Of a stretch of DNA of 64,000 nt, positions 29,406 to 38,921 are shown piece by piece; the stretch's first letter is position 1; each line of letters begins with the position of its first letter. The stretch is taken from NCBI GenBank assembly GCA_029855935.1, contig JAGSHN010000016.1, forward strand, positions 96,001 to 160,000, written 5' to 3'. Below the pieces are notes generated by a model, which was not told the DNA's origin, ran no database searches, and saw only the letters and a program-made list of their open reading frames with translations. This DNA is from Candidatus Thorarchaeota archaeon. Lineage in GTDB: Archaea > Asgardarchaeota > Thorarchaeia > Thorarchaeales > Thorarchaeaceae. The position numbers and the translations under genes were made by a program.

Positions 29406-30068
29406 GTGCCGAAGCTTGACCTTCGCGCCTACGACTTCAAGGTGTACGTGACAGGACCCTTTCAGGCCGGTAAGACGACTCTGATCCATACTCTCGACCC
29501 AGATGCCATATCGATTGAACGAGAGATGCGTGAGGCGTACCGGGGCGAGAAGGGCACCACAACTACTGGCTTCGACCTTGGTCGGGTCATATGGGTCCGG
29601 AAGGACGAGTCACACGATGGCCTGATTGTCCCCAAGAAGGAGTTCGAGAGGGAGGCCAGCGAGTACGAGGGCTGGATTGTCAAGGAGATTGAGCTCAGGG
29701 GTGTTCCAGGGCAGCTCCACTTCAAGTTCGTCAGGGACACCATGCGGTCTAACACGGATGGGGTCCTGATGGTCGTTGACTCCTCGGACTACGGGATGAT
29801 CGGGGATGCCAGCGCCATTCTGGCCGAGACAATTGCTTCCTTCGGAGAGATACCTCTTGAGGTCATTGCCAACAAGCAAGACCGCGATGACGCCGCCTCT
29901 CCCGAAGAGGTGGCGACGTGGCTTGGTGTTGATAGGGCCACGGGAACTTGTGCCAAGGAGCAGGAGTCGGCCAAGAACGCGCTCATCCGTCTCTTGAGGA
30001 AAGTCGAAGCCTTCAGCAACGCAGTCGAGGCTGAAACCGGCACGTCGACGTCAGTCCCCTCCTCATAG
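29406..30068 (+). CDS. MglA/CvnD-like small GTPase
   Basis: GPFQAGKTT (G1), TTTGFDLG (G2), GVPGQ (G3), NKQD (G4), TCAK (G5). Confidence 0.88.
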   Translation: MPKLDLRAYDFKVYVTGPFQAGKTTLIHTLDPDAISIEREMREAYRGEKGTTTTGFDLGRVIWVRKDESHDGLIVPKKEFEREASEYEGWIVKEIELRGVPGQLHFKFVRDTMRSNTDGVLMVVDSSDYGMIGDASAILAETIASFGEIPLEVIANKQDRDDAASPEEVATWLGVDRATGTCAKEQESAKNALIRLLRKVEAFSNAVEAETGTSTSVPSS

Positions 30069-30080
30069 TATGCATCTCAG

Positions 30081-30545
30081 GTGAGAACTATGGCAGCAGA
30101 TAACGAGACCATCCCGCCCGTTGGAAAGGTACGGGAGGCGGTGACCGGCTTCATGTCGCGCGTCCCCGTGTGGAGTGTCACGGTCTTCACAGTGGACGGC
30201 TACATCATCGCCCACCATTCCTCCTCGGAGACAATTCCAGAGGGACTAGAGATGGCAATTGCGAGTCTGTCCGCTGGGCTAATCACTATTGCTGAAGACT
30301 TCATCAGGATGGTTGACCCGTCGAAACTGTTCAAAATGGCGCTCGTCGACAGTGTGGACGAGCGCAATGCGCCCGGTTTCTCAGCAATCCTCGGGCACGT
30401 GGCTCAGAACGTCCTCCTCTCCTGTCTGTTTGCGAGGACTACACAGCTCGGGCTGGTGACCTTCGAGCTTGAGGGTCTAGCAAACGAGATACGCGAGATT
30501 GTGAATGAATGGGAGGTCAAGCTACACAGTGAGACAATGACGTGA
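30081..30545 (+). CDS. Divergent roadblock-fold protein
   Basis: VTVFTVDGYIIA...IASLSAGLITIAE...QLGLVTFEL. Confidence 0.75.
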   Translation: MRTMAADNETIPPVGKVREAVTGFMSRVPVWSVTVFTVDGYIIAHHSSSETIPEGLEMAIASLSAGLITIAEDFIRMVDPSKLFKMALVDSVDERNAPGFSAILGHVAQNVLLSCLFARTTQLGLVTFELEGLANEIREIVNEWEVKLHSETMT

Positions 30546-30556
30546 GATGAGATCCA

Positions 30557-30991
30557 ATGACTATAGGAAAAGGCGAGCTACTCAGTCAAGTCATCGACGA
30601 CCTCACGAGGGAGCTGGACCAGAATCTTGTGATGTGTGTTGTGACAACCGAGCGCGGCCTGATAGTTGCAGCGGGGGGCGACGACCAGCTGAGCAACAAC
30701 CTCGCAGCCATGGTATCGCTGATGGTGGACACATCGCATAGGGTGGCAGAGAGTCTAGACCTCTCCACTCCCCGTGTTACAAGAATCGACACCACAGATT
30801 GGACGACAATGGTCTATGAGTTCCCAGTCCACGGTAGACCATTCCGGCTGGGCGTGGTCCTTGGAGCGTGGTCGGCAGGGAGATCCCGAAGCCGGTGGCG
30901 GTGGTCACTACGTCGAAGGCGTGGCAGGAGGAACGTCCAAGAAGTCTTGGGCAAGGCGGCTGACCGGATTCGAGAGATCCTAGAGGGCTGA
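30557..30991 (+). CDS. Roadblock-fold protein with Arg/Trp-rich insertion
   Basis: CVVTTERGLIVA...LAAMVSLMVDTSHRV; insert WSAGRSRSRWRWSLRRRRGRR. Confidence 0.75.
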   Translation: MTIGKGELLSQVIDDLTRELDQNLVMCVVTTERGLIVAAGGDDQLSNNLAAMVSLMVDTSHRVAESLDLSTPRVTRIDTTDWTTMVYEFPVHGRPFRLGVVLGAWSAGRSRSRWRWSLRRRRGRRNVQEVLGKAADRIREILEG

Positions 30992-31019
30992 TGATCATTG
31001 CACGGAGTGTGACTACTCT

Positions 31020-31388
31020 ATGACTCAGAGGCTTACGGACTTGGAGAACGTACTGAGAGATCTTGCCCAGAGGTGCCCCATTGAGGCTGCAGCCATTGTG
31101 ACGATGCGCGGTCAGATGGTCTGTTCGCTGCTGACAACCAGCACTCCGGAGCGGGCCATGTCTGCCATGGCGGCATCCATTCAGTCAATTGGCGAGCGAG
31201 TGGGCAGAGAGCTCGGAGCAGGACGGCCGAAGACAATCATCATTGACGGTTCCGCCAAGAGCGTGATACTCACGGGGTTCGGCTCTATGATACTTGTCGG
31301 TACAGCCCCGGTGAACGCTGCAATTGCGCTGATCAAGTTCGAACTCCAGAATGCCATAGAAAAGATAAGGGCGATTCTGGGAGAATAG
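31020..31388 (+). CDS. Roadblock/LC7 (MglB-like) protein, paralog of 28996-29358
   Basis: EAAAIVTMRGQMVCS...MSAMAASIQSIGERVGRELG...IIIDG. Confidence 0.9.
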   Translation: MTQRLTDLENVLRDLAQRCPIEAAAIVTMRGQMVCSLLTTSTPERAMSAMAASIQSIGERVGRELGAGRPKTIIIDGSAKSVILTGFGSMILVGTAPVNAAIALIKFELQNAIEKIRAILGE

Positions 31389-31509
31389 ATGGGTCGCAGT
31401 CGTCGCTGGCCAGTCGTGCGGACATCCTCTCGCGGTTGCCTTCGGCCTGCGACACGAGCCCGACGCAGAGAGCAGCTGTGTGAAAAGTCAGCTACAAAGG
31501 AGTTGCAGA

Positions 31510-32598
31510 ATGCACGTCTCTCCATTCGTGGTGCGAGCACCAGGCCGACTGTGCCTGTTTGGCGAGCACAGTGACTACCTAGGCCTCGATGTAATAGCCG
31601 GTGCGATTGATCTGAGTGTCACGATGAAAGTTCAACCCCGGCGCGACTCGACCGTGACGCTATGGTTCGAGGTCACCGGCGAACGGGACACCTTCTCTCT
31701 GGACGAGCCCATCTCGTACAGACACGGAAGGGACTATGTGCGAGCCGCCTTTCGGGTCGCGCAGAGAGCGGGCCTGGGGATGACGGGCGCCGACATCACA
31801 GTCAGTGGTGATATCCCGCTCAGCTCTGGCCTCTCGAGTTCATCTGCGCTCACTGTGGCTGCCATTCTTGCGTGCCACACACTTGCCCGTGCCCCTGTCG
31901 ACCCAATGGAGGTTGCACATCTGGCATTTCAGGCAGAGGTTGTCGAGTTCGAGGAGAGCGGCGGGATGATGGACCACTCGGCGTCCGCCTTCGGAGGGCT
32001 TCTGCACATCTCCTTCGCCAGTGATGTCACGGTCAGCGCATTGCCCGCCGTCCTAGATGGTCTGGTGATTGGCGATTGCGGTCTGAGGAAGAGGGACACT
32101 GTGGGCGACCTGAAGAGGATACGGAGGACCATCGAGCGGGGATACGAGGCGCTTGCCGAGGCAGTCCCCGGGTTCGACCCGCGTACCACACCAGTACGTG
32201 ACATCCTTGATCTTGCCGATGCCATTCCCAAGTCGTGCCGGCGGATGACCATTGCCACACTGAAGAATCGAGACCTGACGGCCAGAGCCTTGGCTCTGCT
32301 CCGGTCACCCCACCCCGACCCGGTCACGCTGGGCAATATGATAGACGAACACCACGCCATAATGCGGGACGGACTTGGCGTGTCCATCCGTGAGATTGAC
32401 GAATTGATTGCTGTCGCTAGAGAGGCTGGTGCACTCGGTTGCAAGATCAACGGCAGCGGACGCGGTGGGACGATGCTTGCCTATGCTCCGGGGAGAGAGG
32501 TCGACGTTATGAGGGCAATGGAGGAGGCGGGAAGTTCTGCCTATCGAGTCCGCATCTCTCGAGGCGCCCACACTGTACGAGACTCCATAGTGGGATGA
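31510..32598 (+). CDS. GHMP-family sugar kinase (galactokinase-like)
   Basis: APGRLCLFGEHSDY, PLSSGLSSSSAL, GMMDH, GCKINGSGRGG. Confidence 0.85.
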   Translation: MHVSPFVVRAPGRLCLFGEHSDYLGLDVIAGAIDLSVTMKVQPRRDSTVTLWFEVTGERDTFSLDEPISYRHGRDYVRAAFRVAQRAGLGMTGADITVSGDIPLSSGLSSSSALTVAAILACHTLARAPVDPMEVAHLAFQAEVVEFEESGGMMDHSASAFGGLLHISFASDVTVSALPAVLDGLVIGDCGLRKRDTVGDLKRIRRTIERGYEALAEAVPGFDPRTTPVRDILDLADAIPKSCRRMTIATLKNRDLTARALALLRSPHPDPVTLGNMIDEHHAIMRDGLGVSIREIDELIAVAREAGALGCKINGSGRGGTMLAYAPGREVDVMRAMEEAGSSAYRVRISRGAHTVRDSIVG

Positions 32599-32654
32599 GG
32601 ACCGAGCGGCCCTTCCTCGGGAGAGCCATCCTCGCCAATACCTGACAACGTGGC

Positions 32655-34217
32655 CTACTTGCCCTCGGCAAGCTCCTTCATTCGTGCCTCAACTATCTCA
32701 AGGATCTCCTCCTTGAGTCGTCGGCCCTCTGCGATGATGCGTTCGACCTCGGCGCTGATACGCTCTACGAACTTCTTGTCGCGGATGTTGCCGAGATTGA
32801 TCCGGACGTTCAGTGCGGCGCCCTCTATCGCGGCCATCAGTGCATGAGCGGCGACGCCGGCATCAGTGATGGCATTGATATTGCCCTTCTCTGCGGCCAC
32901 ACGTGCGTGTTCTAGGGCATTGAGGGAATGCTGCATAGTCTTGAGCGGTACCTCGGCAGCGTGCTTCGTAGCGGCCTCGAGGGTCTCCTCTTTCTTCCTC
33001 TTCTGTTCAGGCGTGTCCTCCGGCATCTTGAACGCGGACATCACTGCATCAAAGGCAGCAGAGTCCTCCTCGACGAGTCCCATCAGCACACCGCGGTCAT
33101 TCTCGCAGGCGTGGCGATGAGCCAGCATCTCCTCCTTTATCGCAGCGAACTTTCTCCCCGAGAGTGACAGGCCAGTCACCATACAGACAAGGGCTGCACC
33201 GAATGACCCCATCGCAGCAGCAACACTGCCACCGCCTGGCGTGGCACGGGCACGACGCACCTGATTGCCGAACTCGATGAGCGACATCTCGGTGAAGGAC
33301 TTCTTCTTCGGGTCCTCGAAGCCTCCGAGGTAGTAGAGGTCAAGGATCATCGACTCGTCGAACTTCGCTGGCTGCACGTAGTACTTGAATGCGTCAAGGA
33401 TAGCAAACAGCGGCACCATACCCACAATCTCGGTCTCAACGACACTCGCGCCAAACCGACGGGCCTCGTTGCGGACCACCTCGAGGACCTGATGTATCTT
33501 GGTGCGCTTTGGATGCGTCAGGTTCATCGATACCTGAACCATCCCCTTCTCCGGCAGCTCGAGTCCGATGCCCTGGACATATACAAAGCCGCCAGTGGTC
33601 GCGCGCACGGCGTCAGCACAGGCCTTCGCCACACGCACGTCGGTCGTGTTGAGATTTGCATTGAAAGCGATGAGGAAGTTCCTTGCGCCAGTAGCTGTGC
33701 AGCCCGCTGTTGGATGAATCTTCTTGGGACCATAGTCGGGGTCCTTGGAGGGATCAGTACCTATCAGCTCGCGCAGACCCTCGAACTCGCCCTCTCGGAT
33801 GTTGGGCAGGTCGACCCTGTCCGGTCGCGTGGCAGACTTGGCGTATAGGTATACCGGGATGTTGAACTTCTCTGAGAACTCCTGCGCGAACTGCTTCGAC
33901 AGCTCGATGCACTCGCCAATCGTGACACCGTGGAGCGGCACGAAGGGCACGACGTCCACTGCGCCCATTCTCGGATGGGCCCCCTGATGCTTGTTAAGGT
34001 CTATCTTCTCAACGGCCACCTCGGCTGCTCTCAGTGCAGCCTCCTTGACCTTCTGTGGCTCGCCTATGAAGGTGAAGACCGACCGGTTGTGATCGTAGTC
34101 GTACTCCACATCCAAGAGACGGACGCCCTCTACACTCTTGATGGCCTCCGCAAGGGCATCAATGACCTCCTTGCGTCTACCCTCTGAGAAGTTGGGCACG
34201 CACTCGACTATCTTCAA
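32655..34217 (-). CDS. ftcd: Bifunctional glutamate formiminotransferase / formiminotetrahydrofolate cyclodeaminase
   Basis: ECVPNFSEGR, DHNRSV, HPRMGAVDVVPF, then PGGGSVAA...NVRINL cyclodeaminase domain. Confidence 0.92.
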   Translation of the reverse strand: MKIVECVPNFSEGRRKEVIDALAEAIKSVEGVRLLDVEYDYDHNRSVFTFIGEPQKVKEAALRAAEVAVEKIDLNKHQGAHPRMGAVDVVPFVPLHGVTIGECIELSKQFAQEFSEKFNIPVYLYAKSATRPDRVDLPNIREGEFEGLRELIGTDPSKDPDYGPKKIHPTAGCTATGARNFLIAFNANLNTTDVRVAKACADAVRATTGGFVYVQGIGLELPEKGMVQVSMNLTHPKRTKIHQVLEVVRNEARRFGASVVETEIVGMVPLFAILDAFKYYVQPAKFDESMILDLYYLGGFEDPKKKSFTEMSLIEFGNQVRRARATPGGGSVAAAMGSFGAALVCMVTGLSLSGRKFAAIKEEMLAHRHACENDRGVLMGLVEEDSAAFDAVMSAFKMPEDTPEQKRKKEETLEAATKHAAEVPLKTMQHSLNALEHARVAAEKGNINAITDAGVAAHALMAAIEGAALNVRINLGNIRDKKFVERISAEVERIIAEGRRLKEEILEIVEARMKELAEGK

Positions 34218-34705
34218 TGCCGTTCACCGCGCGCGCGACAGACGGCGCCTTTGAAAAGGCTTTGGGCATGTGCCTGCACCGACAACTAGTGTGGGATTGG
34301 AGGCGTAGGCAAGCAATTGAGCATCGTGTGAACCCCCGTATGGTTGGAGATCACATCACAATCCCGGCGTCGGCGACGCAGCTGACCGAAAAGGGAATAT
34401 GCGATTCGCCATGTTTCTCAAACGAGGCCACCATCAGATGGGTCTGTTGTGGCAAGCTTGGGAGTGAGGAGAAGTGTTGAGAGAATCGAGAAACAGAATT
34501 GGAACTGCCCCTTCGCTCTCTACGGCCAACGTCTTCGAAATACTCTACAAGGCCTGGTGTAACGCACACGACTCCTTTCATATGGTCGACAACGATCAAT
34601 ACTTGCCAAGTCTCACGCCAGCGCTGGGTACCCCTCATAAGGGGCCTGTACTCACAGCTGAGTAGGGGCCATCCGGCCCCCTATTCATTTTCCTTATGGG
34701 GCTCG

Positions 34706-36085
34706 GTGATAACATTGAGCAGAAATAGAGTCAGATTGGCGGTGTGGCTCTCAATCTTGCTTCTTTCCACAATAGTTGCTTCCACATATTCAATAGTCCC
34801 TCCCACGCCTGAAATAGACCATACGCCAATTCCTCACGGCAATGGTGGTATTCTTGCGGTAGGCTACAATACCACCCGAAGACAGGCAATCATGGAGTAT
34901 GTGATGGCTCTCTACCAGCCGGCGTATGGTACCTTCTATCTGTATCTTCACGACTGGCCGTATGACCCGAGATTCTCGCTCTATCCAACCATGGAACACG
35001 TGTACGTTCCGTTCGTGATATTGCGATATCTAGATTATATCGATGACTTTGACTGGACAAACAGTACACGTTTCCTACAGAGCCTGACGAATGATCCTTC
35101 AAAGGATGACGAGTACGGACCCATAAACATGTCAGAGGCAGTGTGCTCTGATACCTTCGTCTGCAATATGGCAACGGACATGTATCCCGAGCTCGACATA
35201 GGTGATGCCTTGGATATCGATGCAGTGGTGGAGTTTCTGTCGAATCTCCAAGTTCCCAGCGGAGGTTTCTTGGTGGACAAGTGGGCCTACGAAATAGCTG
35301 ATGCTGACCTAGTTCCTACTTGGGATGCACTTGAAACACTCGATAGACTTGGCCGGCCGTCCGCAATCGATCGGAACCGGGCCCTGGACTTCGTTCTGTC
35401 GTGCTATCACGGCAATGGTTTCTCCTACTACCCCTTCTCCTCTGTCGACGTCTATGCGACCCCGCCCGGTCTGATGTGCCTCGGCCATCTCAATGCCACG
35501 GACCGAATAGACCGAGAGAATGTCATCTCATTTGTGTTGTTTCATTTTGACAATCAGAGTGGTTGTGCGGCCTCAGGCACCCTCGTGGAGACAGAGCGCC
35601 TGATCTGGTCACTGTATCTGCTAGATGCTCTGGACCGGATAGACTGCGACGCTGTTGTTCAATGGGTGCTCTGGTGTCAGTCGCCTGCTCACGGTGGTTT
35701 CCTGTCATCCCCAGACGCCGACATCTATGATGAGCGCCTTGTGTACTGTCGTTCTGCGCTCCATATCCTGTCAATGCTGGGGCGGATGGATGTTCTCGAC
35801 CGGAAGTTTCTGATGTATGGCTACCCCGAGCACACGACACCCTCTAGTTACTATCGCGAGGTTGATGAGTGGAACCGGCAGCACAGCAGTACCTCGCCTG
35901 GGGCAGGCTGGGGGGGTTTCCCCAATGTGGACATAGTGGGCACGGTTGCTGGCTCATTGCCTATGCTTTTGTGTATGGTCTGTGTTGGCGCGCCGTTCTT
36001 GTGCATCTGCAACTCTGACAGGGAAGAGAGGGCAAGGCGTGCTCTCCTCAAGGAGAGACGCAAGCGGAGGCGGCCCAAGTGGTGA
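34706..36085 (+). CDS. Membrane-anchored prenyltransferase/squalene-cyclase repeat protein
   Basis: Repeats VEFLSNLQVPSGGF, LDFVLSCYHGNGF, VQWVLWCQSPAHGGF; N-terminal signal/TM; C-terminal TM and basic tail. Confidence 0.78.
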   Translation: MITLSRNRVRLAVWLSILLLSTIVASTYSIVPPTPEIDHTPIPHGNGGILAVGYNTTRRQAIMEYVMALYQPAYGTFYLYLHDWPYDPRFSLYPTMEHVYVPFVILRYLDYIDDFDWTNSTRFLQSLTNDPSKDDEYGPINMSEAVCSDTFVCNMATDMYPELDIGDALDIDAVVEFLSNLQVPSGGFLVDKWAYEIADADLVPTWDALETLDRLGRPSAIDRNRALDFVLSCYHGNGFSYYPFSSVDVYATPPGLMCLGHLNATDRIDRENVISFVLFHFDNQSGCAASGTLVETERLIWSLYLLDALDRIDCDAVVQWVLWCQSPAHGGFLSSPDADIYDERLVYCRSALHILSMLGRMDVLDRKFLMYGYPEHTTPSSYYREVDEWNRQHSSTSPGAGWGGFPNVDIVGTVAGSLPMLLCMVCVGAPFLCICNSDREERARRALLKERRKRRRPKW

Positions 36086-36164
36086 CGTACGTGGATTGCC
36101 CCGACTACATCGATACTCTCAGGCCGCCTGCCTGTTGGGATATCGCCAAGGTACAGTCCTCTTG

Positions 36165-37100
36165 CTAACTCACATAGGAACCGTAATCTATGGCGTACGT
36201 GGTGAGAACGTTTGTCTGCGCGAGCTGGAACGAGTAGGCCGCCAGTACGTTGCGTAGCAGCATGGTGATGGTCATCGGGCCAACACCACCGGGCACAGGC
36301 GTGATATAACTGGCCTTGCACTTGATGGCCTCAAAGTCGCAGTCACCGTGTGGTGTGGCAACGTCTATCACAATGGCCCCGTCCTTCACCATGTCGGCCG
36401 TGATGAAGTAGGGGTCCTCGTCGGACTTCCTGCGTCCCACTGCGGTGATTAGGACATCGGCCTGTCTTGTTATGGATGGCAGGTCGCGGGTGTGAGAGTG
36501 GCAGACGGTCACGGTCATGTTCCTGTTCAGCAGGAGCATTATCAGTGGCTTTCCGACAATGGTCGACCTGTTCACTATCACGGCGTGCATCCCGTCCAAG
36601 TCGACGCCGAGAGAGTCGAGGATCATTGCAATGCCCTGTGGTGTTGCGGCAGTCAGAAGCTCTCCTCCATAGAAGAGCCTGTATATGTTGCGCGGAGAGA
36701 AGCCGTCAACGTCCTTCTCAGGATCGATTGCACTTATCACGGTCTCCTCGTCGATGTGCTTGGGGAGTGGCAGCTGCACAAGTATCCCGTGGACTGTCGC
36801 GTCCTGGTTGAGCCTCGCTATCAGACGGAGGAGCTCGTCCTGCGTCGTGTTCTCGGGCAGCTGGTATCCCTCCGAGAGTATTCCTACTCTCTTGCAGGCC
36901 CTATGCTTCATTCGTACGTACATCTTGGAGCCCGGGTCCTCCCCCACGATTATGGTCACCAGCTTCGGCGGGACGCCGTGCAGCTCTGTGAGCCGCTCCA
37001 CCTCCGCAGCTATCTCCTGCCGGAGGCGTTTGGCCAGCTTCTTCCCGCTTATCACGTGTTCCTCGCAGAAGTCACCCGGACCAATGTCGAGTGCAGCCAC
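36165..37100 (-). CDS. folD: Methylene-THF dehydrogenase/cyclohydrolase
   Basis: YVRMK, GILVQLPLP, EKDVDG, TPVPGGVGPMT. Confidence 0.95.
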   Translation of the reverse strand: MAALDIGPGDFCEEHVISGKKLAKRLRQEIAAEVERLTELHGVPPKLVTIIVGEDPGSKMYVRMKHRACKRVGILSEGYQLPENTTQDELLRLIARLNQDATVHGILVQLPLPKHIDEETVISAIDPEKDVDGFSPRNIYRLFYGGELLTAATPQGIAMILDSLGVDLDGMHAVIVNRSTIVGKPLIMLLLNRNMTVTVCHSHTRDLPSITRQADVLITAVGRRKSDEDPYFITADMVKDGAIVIDVATPHGDCDFEAIKCKASYITPVPGGVGPMTITMLLRNVLAAYSFQLAQTNVLTTYAIDYGSYVS

Positions 37101-37144
37101 CCTATTGTCACCTCTCTCTCGCTACCGACGTGAGTCGTACCTGA

Positions 37145-38737
37145 CTAGAACACCCCGAAGATCTCGCCATTGTCATCTATTCCCATCCCTATCGCCGCCG
37201 GCTCCTTGGGCAGTCCCGGCATAAGATTGATGTCGCCCATATGGACCACAACAAAGCCTGCGCCGGAGTTGAGAACAACGTCCTTCACGAACACCTTGAA
37301 GCCAGTGGGCCGCCCCATCAGGCGGGAGTTGTCGGACAGACTGAACTGCGTCTTTGCGACGCATATCGGCAGGCCTCCGTAGCCGTGCTTCTCAAGTCGT
37401 TTCAGCTTTCTCTTGACACCGTCACCATACGTCACGCCGTCTGCGCCATAGACCGAGGTGGCGACCTTCTCGATCTTGGTTGTCAGAGGGTCGTCAAGGT
37501 CGTACGTGTAGTGCAGGCTCGACTCTCTCTCAGTGGCCTCGATGACCGCCGAGGCAAGGTCCATACCACCCTCACTGCCTCTTGCAAAGACCTCCGAGAC
37601 CTCCATTCTCCATCCGTGCTCCTCGCACAGACGTCGAAGCAGGTCAATCTCCTCCTGAGTGTCATCAGGGAACCTGTTGAGCGCTATCACAGCAGGTATG
37701 CCCCAGGCCTGGATGTTCTCCATGTGCTTCTCAAGGTTTGGCACACCCGCCTTGAGATCACCCTCGCCGTGCATCTTCAGCGCACGGAGCGATGTCACGA
37801 CGACGACAGCATCGACGTTCAGACTACCCACCCTGCTTACGATGTTTATGAACTTCTCAGCACCCAGGTCGGCACCGAAGCCTGCTTCTACTATCACGTA
37901 GTCAAAGAGGCGCAGGGCGATGTCTATCGCGACGATGGAGTTTGTCCCGTGAGCAATGTTCGCAAAGGGCCCCGTATGGATGATTGCCGGTGTCCCCTCT
38001 GAGGTCTGCACAAGGTTGGGGTTGAGCGCGTCGCGCAGGATGACGCTCATGGCCCCCTCCGCCTTCAGGTCGCGTGCGAAGATGTCCTTCTTATCGTGGC
38101 TCCTCGCCACGAGAATGCGTCCGAGTCTATCCCTGAGGTCGTCATAGTTGGTTGCGAGACCTAGGATCGCCATCACCTCGGACGCAGCAGTGATGACGAA
38201 GGAGTCCTCTCTCGGGTAGCCGTTCTTTCTGCCAAGTCCGACTACTATCTGCCGCAGTGCCCTGTCGTTCATATCGACTGTCCTTGGCCAGTAGATTCTC
38301 CTCACATCGATCTGGAGGTCGTTGCCGTGATAGACGTGATTGTCGATCATTGCGGACAGCAGGTTGTGGGCTGCGCTCACGGCTGGAAAGTCGCCTGTGA
38401 AGAGCAGATTGATGCGTTCAGACGGGAGGACCTGCGACTTCCCCCCACCAGCAGCCCCGCCCTTGACTCCGAACACAGGCCCCAGTGAGGGTTCTCGAAG
38501 GGTCACGACTGATGAGTGTCCCATCCGGTTCAGTGCCATTGACAGGCCTATGGAGTTCGTCGTCTTGCCCTCTCCCGCCTTTGTCGGGTTTGTCGCGGTG
38601 ACAAGGACCAGACGACCCCTTCGTTCTCCCAGTGTCTCTCTGATACGCAGGTCGATCTTTGCCATATACTTCCCATACGGCTCGAGGTACTCGGCCGGTA
38701 TTCCTGCCTTTGCGGCGACTTCAGAGATTGGAATCAT
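37145..38737 (-). CDS. fhs: Formate--tetrahydrofolate ligase
   Basis: PTKAGEGKTT, REPSLGPVFGVKGGAAGGG, GPFANIAHG, EAGFGADLGAEKF, KTQFSLSD, MPGLP. Confidence 0.95.
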   Translation of the reverse strand: MIPISEVAAKAGIPAEYLEPYGKYMAKIDLRIRETLGERRGRLVLVTATNPTKAGEGKTTNSIGLSMALNRMGHSSVVTLREPSLGPVFGVKGGAAGGGKSQVLPSERINLLFTGDFPAVSAAHNLLSAMIDNHVYHGNDLQIDVRRIYWPRTVDMNDRALRQIVVGLGRKNGYPREDSFVITAASEVMAILGLATNYDDLRDRLGRILVARSHDKKDIFARDLKAEGAMSVILRDALNPNLVQTSEGTPAIIHTGPFANIAHGTNSIVAIDIALRLFDYVIVEAGFGADLGAEKFINIVSRVGSLNVDAVVVVTSLRALKMHGEGDLKAGVPNLEKHMENIQAWGIPAVIALNRFPDDTQEEIDLLRRLCEEHGWRMEVSEVFARGSEGGMDLASAVIEATERESSLHYTYDLDDPLTTKIEKVATSVYGADGVTYGDGVKRKLKRLEKHGYGGLPICVAKTQFSLSDNSRLMGRPTGFKVFVKDVVLNSGAGFVVVHMGDINLMPGLPKEPAAIGMGIDDNGEIFGVF

Positions 38738-38921
38738 GACTGTGGACTTCCTTGTGTCAGTTGTTGTTCCCCGTCTTCGAGGTGCGAGTCTACATTTCAC
38801 CACGCTTCAAGATAAGGCATATCGTCTGGGCCAATACCCACCGTGAGGTACGATGGCATCTGGGTGGCCAGCTCCTCTAGGCTGGGGGACAGGCCTCTGT
38901 TCGAGCAAGCAGTCCGCGGGC

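Noticed and set aside
34218-34705. Short ORFs and the 5' extension of the 528-aa ORF
   Set aside because: No recognisable motifs; the signal-like N-terminus indicates a start near 34706-34715.
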